This document shows positions 42,501 to 52,696 of a DNA stretch of 64,000 nt, piece after piece. Origin of the DNA: Nemertoderma westbladi (lineage: Eukaryota; Animalia; Xenacoelomorpha). How positions within the stretch are numbered: the first letter of the stretch is position 1; the number at the start of each line of letters is the position of its first letter. Both the position numbers and the translations under genes were made by a program. Location: NCBI GenBank assembly GCA_032718475.1, contig JAUCBJ010008795.1, positions 162,026 to 226,025 on the forward strand, written 5' to 3'. The notes under the pieces are model-generated. The model saw only the letters and a program-made list of their open reading frames with translations. It did no database searches and was not told where the DNA came from.

Positions 42501-45500
42501 AGTGAATATCTCGTATATAGATAGCTGGAACAATAAGTGAATATTTTGCATAGAGATAGCTGGAACAATAAGTGAATAACTTGTATAGAGATAGCTGGAA
42601 CAATAAGTGAATATCTTGTATAGAGATAGCTGGAACACTAAGTGAATATCTCGTATATAGATAGCTGGAACAATAAGTGAATATCTTGTATAGAGATAGC
42701 TGGAACAATAAGTGAATATTTTGCATAGAGATAGCTGGAACAATAAGTGAATAACTTGTATAGAGATAGCTGGAACAATAAGTGAATATCTTGTATAGAG
42801 ATAGCTGGAACACTAAGTGAATATCTCGTATATAGATATCTGGAACAATAAGTGAATATCTTGTATAGAGATAGCTGGAACAATAAGTGAATATCTTGTA
42901 TAGAGATAGCTGGAACAATAAGTGAATATTTTGCATAGAGATAGCTGGAACAATAAGTGAATAACTTGTATAGAGATAGCTGGAACAATAAGTGAATATC
43001 TTGTATAGAGATAGCTGGAACACTACGTGAATATCTCGTATATAGATAGCTGGAACAATAAGTGAATATCTTGTATAGAGATAGCTGGAACAATAAGTGA
43101 ATATTTTGCATAGAGATAGCTGGAACAATAAGTGAATAACTTGTATAGAGAAGGCTGGAACAATAAGTGAATATCTTGTATAGAGATAGCTGGAACACTA
43201 AGTGAATATCTCGTATATAGATAGCTGGAACAATAAGTGAATATTTTGCATAGAGATAGCTGGAACAATAAGTGAATAACTTGTATAGAGATAGCTGGAA
43301 CATTAAGTGAATATCTTGTATAGAGATAGCTGGAACACTAAGTGAATATCTCGTATATAGATAGCTGGAACAATAAGTGAATATCTTGTATAGAGATAGC
43401 TGGAACAATAAGTGAATATTTTGCATAGAGATAGCTGGAACAATAAGTGAATAACTTGTATAGAGATAGCTGGAACAATAAGTGAATATCTTGTATAGAG
43501 ATAGCTGGAACACTAAGTGAATATCTCGTATATAGATAGCTGGAACAATAAGTGAATATCTTGTATAGAGATAGCTGGAACAATAAGTGAATATTTTGCA
43601 TAGAGATAGCTGGAACAATAAGTGAATATCTTGTATAGAGATAGCTGGAACAATAAGTGAATATCTTGTATAGAGATAGCTGGAACAATAAGTGAATATT
43701 TTGCATAGAGATAGCTGGAACAATAAGTGAATAACTTGTATAGAGAAGGCTGGAACAATAAGTGAATATCTCGTATATAGATATCTGGAACAATAAGTGA
43801 ATATCTTGTATAGAGATAGCTGGAACACTAAGTGAATATCTCGTATATAGATAGCTGGAACAATAAGTGAATATTTTGCATAGAGATAGCTGGAACAATA
43901 AGTGAATATTTTGCATAGAGATAGCTGGAACAATAAGTGAATAACTTGTATAGAGATAGCTGGAACAATAAGTGAATATCTTGTATAGAGATATCTGGAA
44001 CAATAAGTGAATATCTTGTATAGAGATAGCTGGAACACTAAGTGAATATCTCGTATATAGATAGCTGGAACAATAAGTGAATATCTTGTATAGAGATAGC
44101 TGGAACAATAAGTGAATATTTTGCATAGAGATAGCTGGAACAATAAGTGAATATCTTGTATAGAGATAGCTGGAACAATAAGTGAATATTTTGCATAGAG
44201 ATAGCTGGAACAATAAGTGAATATTTTGCATAGAGATAGCTGGAATAATAAGTGAATAACTTGTATAGAGATAGCTGGAACAATAAGTGAATATCTTGTA
44301 TAGAGATAGCTGGAACACTAAGTGAATATCTCGTATATAGATAGCTGGAACAATAAGTGAATATCTTGTATAGAGATAGCTGAACAATAAGTGAATATTT
44401 TGCATAGAGATAGCTGGAACAATAAGTGAATAACTTGTATAGAGATAGCTGGAACAATAAGTGAATATCTTGTATAGAGATAGCTGGAACACTAAGTGAA
44501 TATCTCGTATATAGATAGCTGGAACAATAAGTGAATATCTTGTATAGAGATAACTGGAACAATAAGTGAATATTTTGCATAGAGATAGCTGGAACAATAA
44601 GTGAATATCTTGTATAGAGATAGCTGGAACACTAAGTGAATATCTCGTATATAGATAGCTGGAACAATAAGTGAATATCTTGTATAGAGATAGCTGGAAC
44701 AATAAGTGAATATTTTGCATAGAGATAGCTGGAACAATAAGTGAATAACTTGTATAGAGATAGCTGGAACAATAAGTGAATATCTTGTATAGAGATAGCT
44801 GGAACACTAAGTGAATATCTCGTATATAGATAGCTGGAACAATAAGTGAATATCTTGTATAGAGATAGCTGGAACAATAAGTGAATATTTTGCATAGAGA
44901 TAGCTGGAACAATAAGTGAATATTTTGCATAGAGATAGCTGGAACAATAAGTGAATAACTTGTATAGAGATAGCTGGAACAATAAGTGAATATCTTGTAT
45001 AGGGATAGCTGGAACACTAAGTGAATATCTCGTTTATAGATAGCTGGAACAATAAGTGAATATCTTGTATAGAGATAGCTGGAACAATAAGTGAATATTT
45101 TGCATAGAGATAGCTGGAACAATAAGTGAATAACTTGTATAGAGATAGCTGGAACAATAAGTGAATATCTTGTATAGAGATAGCTGGAACACTAAGTGAA
45201 TATCTCGTATATAGATAGCTGGAACAATAAGTGAATATTTTGCATAGAGATAGCTGGAACAATAAGTGAATAACTTGTATAGAGATAGCTGGAACAATAA
45301 GTGAATATCTTGTATAGAGATAGCTGGAACACTAAGTGAATATCTCGTATATAGATAGCTGGAACAATAAGTGAATATCTTGTATAGAGATAGCTGGAAC
45401 AATAAGTGAATATTTTGCATAGAGATAGCTGGAACAATAAGTGAATAACTTGTATAGAGATAGCTGGAACAATAAGTGAATATCTTGTATAGAGATAGCT

Positions 45501-46586
45501 GGAACACTAAGTGAATATCTCGTATATAGATATCTGGAACAATAAGTGAATATCTTGTATAGAGATAGCTGGAACAATAAGTGAATATCTTGTATAGAGA
45601 TAGCTGGAACAATAAGTGAATATTTTGCATAGAGATAGCTGGAACAATAAGTGAATAACTTGTATAGAGATAGCTGGAACAATAAGTGAATATCTTGTAT
45701 AGAGATAGCTGGAACACTACGTGAATATCTCGTATATAGATAGCTGGAACAATAAGTGAATATCTTGTATAGAGATAGCTGGAACAATAAGTGAATATTT
45801 TGCATAGAGATAGCTGGAACAATAAGTGAATAACTTGTATAGAGAAGGCTGGAACAATAAGTGAATATCTTGTATAGAGATAGCTGGAACACTAAGTGAA
45901 TATCTCGTATATAGATAGCTGGAACAATAAGTGAATATTTTGCATAGAGATAGCTGGAACAATAAGTGAATAACTTGTATAGAGATAGCTGGAACATTAA
46001 GTGAATATCTTGTATAGAGATAGCTGGAACACTAAGTGAATATCTCGTATATAGATAGCTGGAACAATAAGTGAATATCTTGTATAGAGATAGCTGGAAC
46101 AATAAGTGAATATTTTGCATAGAGATAGCTGGAACAATAAGTGAATAACTTGTATAGAGATAGCTGGAACAATAAGTGAATATCTTGTATAGAGATAGCT
46201 GGAACACTAAGTGAATATCTCGTATATAGATAGCTGGAACAATAAGTGAATATCTTGTATAGAGATAGCTGGAACAATAAGTGAATATTTTGCATAGAGA
46301 TAGCTGGAACAATAAGTGAATATCTTGTATAGAGATAGCTGGAACAATAAGTGAATGTCTTGTATAGAGATAGCTGGAACAATAAGTGAATAACTAGTAT
46401 AGAGATAGCTGGAACAATAAGTGAATATCTTGTATAGAGATAGCTGGAACAATAAGTGAATACCTTGTATAGAGATAGCTGGAACAATAAGTGAATAACT
46501 TGTATAGAGATAGCTGGAACAATAAGTGAATATCTTGTATAGACATGGCTGGAACAATACGTGAATACCTACAATTTGTATAGAGA
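15588..46586. repeat. 35-bp satellite array (~31 kb, roughly 880 monomers), intronic
   Basis: Consensus ATAGAGATAGCTGGAACAATAAGTGAATATCTTGT; 41-bp variant ...ACGTGAATACCTACAATTTGT; recurrent diagnostic variants and kb-scale duplications. Confidence 0.99.
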
Positions 46587-47276
46587 ACAAAAACAACTTA
46601 CTGTGGAAGGTGATACATACCTCTTATGCACTGCACTGATGGAAGTAAACTGGGCGAAGTCTAGTCAGAATAATAAATCGTAACTTGGTAGTTCTGATGG
46701 AGTGGAGATGTTAATGATTTATTATAACTTCATAACATTTAGGTGAATAAACTCTGTACTTTTAATTGAAATTGATAAATTCATTTTTACATTCCGGTGT
46801 AATTGAACCTATAATTTGCCCTGGGCTTGACCTGCTTATTTCTATCAAACATTCTAATTAATTGGAAATGGCACACCGGAGCCCAGCGTATCCTGTGCTG
46901 CCCGGGGCCTTGTTCCCATGCTAACATCGGGCAGCGTGACTTCGTCATGAATCCATTCGAGAACACGTTTTACTTTACATACAGATAAGGTCTCCCTTGC
47001 TTTCTACGGGATCCCAGTTACATAAACACCACACCAAAAGTCCAATTAAAAATCTGTAAATATTATGTCACCGTCTTATATTTCTTCCCGCAGTATTGGT
47101 GAGTTACATTAATAGAGTGGTATGAGGTGTCAGGAAAACAGCCTCCCGTAGGCAATAATGTTTGCCAAAAGTTCATTTACATTTTCATTTTAAATATTTT
47201 GCTTGACTGGGATTCATATACTAATATGGGAAAATACTAGATTCAATGTCGGCCGGCAGGCGAGATTAAAAGTGCT

Positions 47277-48317
47277 GGGTATAACTTTTCGCCGTATCCG
47301 TATCCGTATGCATTTGCCGTATCGTATGTACATACGCGTATGTAATGGATTCCTATGGAGAATAATCCGTATGTGATTTTAGAGATTAGGCATTGCGGAC
47401 CATTAAGAAGTGCACAACACACATGCAGACTGAAGACAGGTAGGCCTACTTAAAAGCGATATGATTGTGATTTAAAGAGTGTGGCTGTCGCTACCTTATG
47501 TCAAATAAACAATGCAGGACAGGTCCAGGATAAGTGACAGCCGGTGTCCGCCAGCCGCCGGGATGCGCCAGCAGTGCAGTACCTATATTAACCAGTTAAC
47601 TCTTCTTGACGCCGCTTGGAAAACTAACCAACCGTGATTTATTTTTGAACTGTTTTTCCACCAACCTGGCTATAGAATGTTGTTGGTTGCTAGAGTATAT
47701 GGCACTAACATAGTATTGACTGATAGAAGCAGCAATGAGAATGCTAAGGGAATAAACATTCGCACAGATATTTAAAACCGTCGTGCCAGTCTGTCCTTTT
47801 TTGTGAATTTATTAACATATAATATACCTTTACTTTCGCCGTTTCGGGGCCAGTATTTAATTAACCATAGCAGGCCCTATGCAGCCAAGTGCCAACACGT
47901 CCAACCTAGTGCCAGTTAGTCAAACCACGTGTCAGCTAGTCCAACCGGGTGCCAGTAATTAATCTAAGTCCAAAGTCTAACCGGGAGGCCAGGTGTCAGT
48001 TAGTACAATAAAACAAGCGCTTCTCCCGAGCAATCCCGGGACTGAAGGACATCATCTGTCACTCATCCTGGACCTACAATGTTTATATGCCATTAGGTAG
48101 CGACAGCCACACTCTTTAAATCACTTAGCTTTAAGTAGGCCTACCTGTCTTCAGTCTGCATGTGTGTTGTGCACTTCTTACTGGTCCGCAATGCCTAATC
48201 TTTAAAATCACATACTGACTATTCTCCATAGGAATCCATTACATACGGCACATACGCGTATGTGCATACGGATACGGCAAATGCATACGGATACGGATAC
48301 GGCGAAAAGTTATACCC
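47277..48317. mobile_element. Mutator/foldback-like MITE with ~250-bp TIRs
   Basis: Perfect 9-bp TSD AAAAGTGCT (47268-47276, 48318-48326); termini GGGTATAACTTTTCGCCGTATCCG...CGGATACGGCGAAAAGTTATACCC. Confidence 0.93.
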
Positions 48318-48326
48318 AAAAGTGCT

Positions 48327-49506
48327 GGGCAGCGGGGACAGCCCCGCCGTTGATGCATGGCCGATGTATGTAGGGGTGTATATTGGTCAGCGGGGACAGC
48401 TGTTGATGCATGGCCGATGTATGTAGGGTATATATAGGTCAGCGGGGAGAGCCGTTGATGCATGGCCGATGTATGTAGGGGTGTATATTGGTCAGCGGGG
48501 ACAGCTGTTGATGCATGGCCGATGTATGTAGGGTATATATAGGTCAGCGGGGAGAGCCGTTGATGCATGGCCGATGTATGTAGGGGTGTATATTGGTCAG
48601 CGGGGACAGCTGTTGATGCACGGTCGATGTATGTAGGGGTGTATAACTGTATACAGGTCAGCGTGGAGAGCCGTTGATGCATGGCCGATGTATGTAGGGG
48701 TGTATATTGGTCAGCGGGGACAGCTGTTGATGCACGGCCGATGTTATTGTAGGGGTGTATATTGGTCAGCGGCGACAGCTGTTGATGCACGGTCGATGTA
48801 TGTAGGGGTGTATACAGGTCAGCGTGGAGAGCCGTTGATGCATGGCCGATGTATGTAGGGGTGTATATTGGTCAGCGGGGACAGCTGTTGATGCACGGCC
48901 GATGTTATTGTAGGGGTGTATATTGGTCAGCGGGGAGAGCCGTTGATGCATGGCCGATGTTATTGTAGGGGTGTATATTGGTCAGCGTGGAGAGCCGTTG
49001 ATGCACGGCCGATGTATGTAGGGGTGTATATTGGTCAGCGGGGACAGCTGTTGATGCACGGCCGATGTTATTGTAGGGGTGTATATTGGTCAGCGTGGAG
49101 AGCCGTTGATGCACGGCCGATGTATGTAGGGGTGTATACAGGTCAGCGTGGAGAGCCGTTGATGCATGGCCGATGTATGTAGGGGTGTATACAGGTCAGC
49201 GTGGAGAGCCGTTGATGCATGGCCGATGTATGTAGGGGTGTATACAGGTCAGCGTGGAGAGCCGTTGATGCACGGCCGATGTATGTAGGGGTTTATATAG
49301 GTCAGCGTGGACAGCTGTTGATGCACGGCCGATGTATGTAGGGGTGTATACAGGTCAGCGTGGAGAGCCGTTGATGCACGGTCGATGTATGTAGGGGTGT
49401 ATACAGGTCAGCGTGGAGAGCCGTTGATGCACGGCCGATGTATGTAGGGGTGTATACAGGTCAGCGTGGAGAGCCGTTGATGCACGGCCGATGTATGTAG
49501 GGGTGT
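48327..49506. repeat. ~53-bp minisatellite, ~22 copies
   Basis: Unit GTATATTGGTCAGCGGGGACAGCTGTTGATGCATGGCCGATGTATGTAGGGGT with alternating variants; starts at the MITE's right TSD. Confidence 0.95.
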
Positions 49507-49897
49507 TTGTATTATGTATATTTGTAAGTATATGATACCTTCATAGATAACAATGGGTGTAGAGGGAATATTGGATACACAACATTTTTTTTGTGTATAT
49601 ACTGTATATACTACTATTATATACTGGCAATTGTGTTGACCCAATGGTCAAAGGTTCCACCGAAAGAGTCAGTGATTGCTGAAAAATGGTCAAATGTTTC
49701 ACAATCATAGATGCAGAAAAGGCTCAAATGTTCCCAAAAAGAGAAGGAGGTCCCGAAAAAGGGTAAAAGTTTCCCAAAAGATGTTAAAAGTTCAAAAGAT
49801 TAAATCTATAAGATATAAATTAGAATTATTTTCAGTATCTAATCTCTTATCGATCGAGACGATTTAATTCTAACATTCCATGCGTTTCCCGTATCTT

Positions 49898-50172
49898 TAG
49901 GTCCGCGTAGCGAGACCTCTAGTATTCACTCCGTTAGTAGGTCCGCGTAGCGAGACCTCTAGTATTCACTCCGTTAGTAGGTCCGCGTAGCGAGACCTCT
50001 AGTATTCACTCCGTTAGTAGGTCCGCGTAGCGAGACCTCTAGTATTCACTCCGTTAGTAGGTCCGCGTAGCGAGACCTCTAGTATTCACTCCGTTAGTAG
50101 GTCCGCGTAGCGAGACCTCTAGTATTCACTCCGTTAGTAGGTCCGCGTAGCGAGACCTCTAGTATTCACTCC
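49898..50172. repeat. 40-bp tandem repeat, ~7 identical copies
   Basis: Unit TAGGTCCGCGTAGCGAGACCTCTAGTATTCACTCCGTTAG with an AGGTC...GACCT hairpin. Confidence 0.96.
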
Positions 50173-50520
50173 TTTGTGGGGCGAGCCACGTAAGTCCAAG
50201 TGAGCCTTAACCTAGGGTATAATTAGTGGACCCGTCCGTCGTTGTTGTCGGAAATGTTTGAACGCTAATAAACCCGTCAATCTTCGATGAAATTGAACCA
50301 AACATGGTACACATGTCGTCTATCAAAAGTTTAGAAACTCTACAGATAAACAGACTTCTGTAGTTCATCTGGCTGTCGCTAGGAGGCGAATTGACAGAAA
50401 CGTAAAAGTAGCTGTAATTATAGAACCAACCATCAGATTCATCTGAAATTTGGTAGGAGTGACCTACGAGCATTGCTGACAAAGAAACAGAGACAGACTT
50501 TTACAGTCCCTCACACTCTA
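50173..50520. mobile_element. Interspersed-repeat fragment, possibly Helentron/DINE-like
   Basis: gtccgtc motif followed by 'gatgaaattgaaccaaacatggtacac', a style common in such elements. TTGTGGGGCGAGCCACGT here recurs inverted at ~2352-2369. Boundaries uncertain. Confidence 0.3.
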
Positions 50521-51443
50521 GGGGTATCGTAGGATAATTGAAACCCTTGCCATGAAAGTTTTCGAAACAACTATGATTAAGTGGTGCAATTGCACAAAAA
50601 GCAAAAAATTGTTGGAATGAAAATATAATAATTTCACTTATTTTAAGTAATGAAACCACCACATTTTATTTTCATTAATAAAATGGAAAATATTTGTATT
50701 TGTCATGATGGTCTAGGCGCTATAAAGACACATTTCATACTGCGTAAAATTAAATACAAATAAAATCTGTTATAAATATATTTTGGGCAAATTAATCAAT
50801 TATTATAAGCTTTGCTGAAAAACAATTTGTTTTTACAGTGTAGCCAATGACGATTAAAGTAAAAGCTGAAATAGAAAACGCGCGTTTAAAAAATAACTCG
50901 AGACATTGATTTTAAGGCTTCCTCTCTCGCCTTCGGTTAATCTACCTTTATTACTGTACCATAATAATGATGGATATATTACAAAATTGAAAATGACCCC
51001 GAATGCCAGACAACTGATATCAAGATATTTAGACTATACATGATGACGTCAGTTTTCCGCTCGCATAGATGGAATTATCAGCAGTAGAATGCACAGCAGA
51101 AGGCACATATTTGTACATTTATACAGATTCAAGGAGGACTTTGGATTTACAAGTAACCGGAAGTAATCGACATGTACAAGAAAGCTTTGGTGTGTAAGTC
51201 TTACAAGTCTTACAGAGTCGCCGTTATACATTATTCTGGACAAGACTCGTTGTATTAAAAACGCGTGACGATAAGAAAGGATGGGAGCGGTGTCCATACA
51301 ATATCGTAACTATTATGGGAGCACCCCACCCCCCTAATTTTTTTAATTTCAATCAAATGCTACGAAATTTGGTATGATCAGACAGCAGATCAGGAAAACA
51401 AGTTCCAAAATGTTTGCTACGGCCAGCCCTGCCCAACACTTAC

Positions 51444-51598
51444 TTAGGTTTACCCTCCAAGTTAAAATAATCATCATAGTTCGGCAAGACACGAAAGGCT
51501 ACCCAATCAAATCGTTCGTCTGTTTGTTCCAAGTCTATCATCGCGGTTTGTTCGTTGTTGGCTTCTTGTGGTCCGCGGATTGCAGTCACCGGCAACGA
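51444..51598 (-). CDS. PACC1: PAC/TMEM206-like channel, internal exon (155 nt, phase 0 to 2)
   Basis: ttttttctcttttag|TCG ... CCTAA|gtaagt. Translates SLPVTAIRGPQEANNEQTAMIDLEQTDERFDWVAFRVLPNYDDYFNLEGKP versus human KSALIVQGPREVKKRELVFLQFRLNKSSEDFSAIDYLLFSSFQEFLQS. Confidence 0.85.
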
Positions 51599-51684
51599 CT
51601 AAAAGAGAAAAAATAAAAACGAGATATATCTTTACAGACTTCAGGTCTTTTTATTCTTTCTCTTTAATATCTTACTGTATATGT

Positions 51685-52177
51685 AGACCCAATGTCCCTC
51701 ATGCTACAGTTCTCCTGTGCGTCTGACTAACCTGATTGGGCGAGAATAACCCCACAGGAGACCCAATGTCCCTCATGCTACAACAGTTCTCCTGTGCGTT
51801 CTGACTAACCTGATTGGGCGAGAATAACCCCACAGGAGACCCAATGTCCCTCATGCTACAACAGTTCTCCTGTGCGTTCTGACTAACCTGATTGGGCGAG
51901 AATAACCCCACAGGAGACCCAATGTCCCTCATGCTACAGTTCTCATGTGCGTTCTGACTAACCTGATTGGGCGAGAATAACCCCACAGGAGACCCAAAGT
52001 CCCTCATGCTACAGTTCTCCTGTGCGTCTGACTAACCTGATTGGGCGAGAATAACCCCACAGGAAACCCAATGTCCCTCATGCTACATACAGTTCTCCTG
52101 TGCGTCTGACTAACCTGATTTGGCGAGAATAACCCCACAGGAGACCCAATGTCCCTCATGCTACAGTTCTCCTGTGC
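51685..52177. repeat. 74-78-bp minisatellite (~6.5 copies) derived from an exon 3' end plus its splice donor
   Basis: On the minus strand each unit reads ...TGTAGCATGAGGGACATTGGGTCTCCTGTGGGGTTATTCTCGCC(C/A)AATCAG|GTTAGTCAG; the first copy is the exon end. Confidence 0.95.
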
Positions 52178-52260
52178 CGTTTTTCCAACCGTCTCTTCAT
52201 TACTCAGATACGTCATTTTACAACTAATTATCTTCCAATGATTGAGAGCAACAAGAAGTA
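52115..52260 (-). CDS. PACC1: PAC/TMEM206-like channel, internal exon (146 nt, phase 1 to 0) with both ectodomain cysteines
   Basis: tattatttttag|TA ... AATCAG|gttagt. Translates LLVALNHWKIISCKMTYLSNEETVGKTAQENCSMRDIGSPVGLFSPNQ versus human IALYPGQAQLLSCKHHY...DMNCTTQRINYTDPFSNQ. Confidence 0.85.
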
Positions 52261-52640
52261 CTAAAAATAATACAATATACACAGAGATTATAAAATCCAA
52301 GTATCTTTAATGTAACTTTATCCACGGTCGGTCGGTAACACACTTGGTAAATTTAGAACACACATTTATTTCTCCTTTGTTAACTCGGGACATAATATTA
52401 GTCGTGCCATGCCGTGAATAATTGTAGTAGTTACTTTAATAATAATTACATTGAGAATGACATGTTTGGAGATACTGGCGTTTTCAATATTACAGTTCCA
52501 TCAAGTAGGCCTACTAATTTGGATAATTGCACCGAATAAGAATGACACTTGAGAAAATTATCATTGGTGCTGGCACGATAGAAGGAAAATATCTGTAAGT
52601 AATTCGTATGCAACCACCATGATGATAAGTATTAGCAAAC

Positions 52641-52696
52641 CTGCCTTTGGGATGTCGCCTTTATCACTATTTTCATATTCATACACTTGGTTTATT
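52641..52696 (-). CDS. PACC1: PAC/TMEM206-like channel, upstream exon (5' boundary tentative)
   Basis: INQVYEYENSDKGDIPKA versus human VMSVSYKEVDRYDAPG; donor GCAG|gtttgc is phase 1 and fits the next exon. The acceptor at 52697 is plausible, but the frame stays open to ~52880. Confidence 0.5.

Noticed and set aside
15588-46586. CRISPR array (35-bp repeat length)
   Set aside because: Monomers are head-to-tail with no unique spacers, there are no cas genes, and the context is eukaryotic.
15816-46596. Numerous long minus-strand ORFs (up to 699 aa, MFQLSLYKIFTYCSS...)
   Set aside because: The 35-bp consensus lacks minus-strand stops in all three frames, so overlapping ORFs appear everywhere; artefact of the satellite.
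48239-49644. ORFs of 61-183 aa
   Set aside because: Translations of the 53-bp minisatellite.
49625-49678. Candidate minus-strand exon after acceptor catttttcag
   Set aside because: No convincing donor in a compatible phase, and not needed once exon 51598-51444 was found.
52449-52592. Alternative exon (IFSFYRASTNDNFLKCHSY... or DIFLLSCQHQ*)
   Set aside because: It needs a GC donor or hits a stop at once; exon 52260-52115 fits the phase and PAC homology much better.
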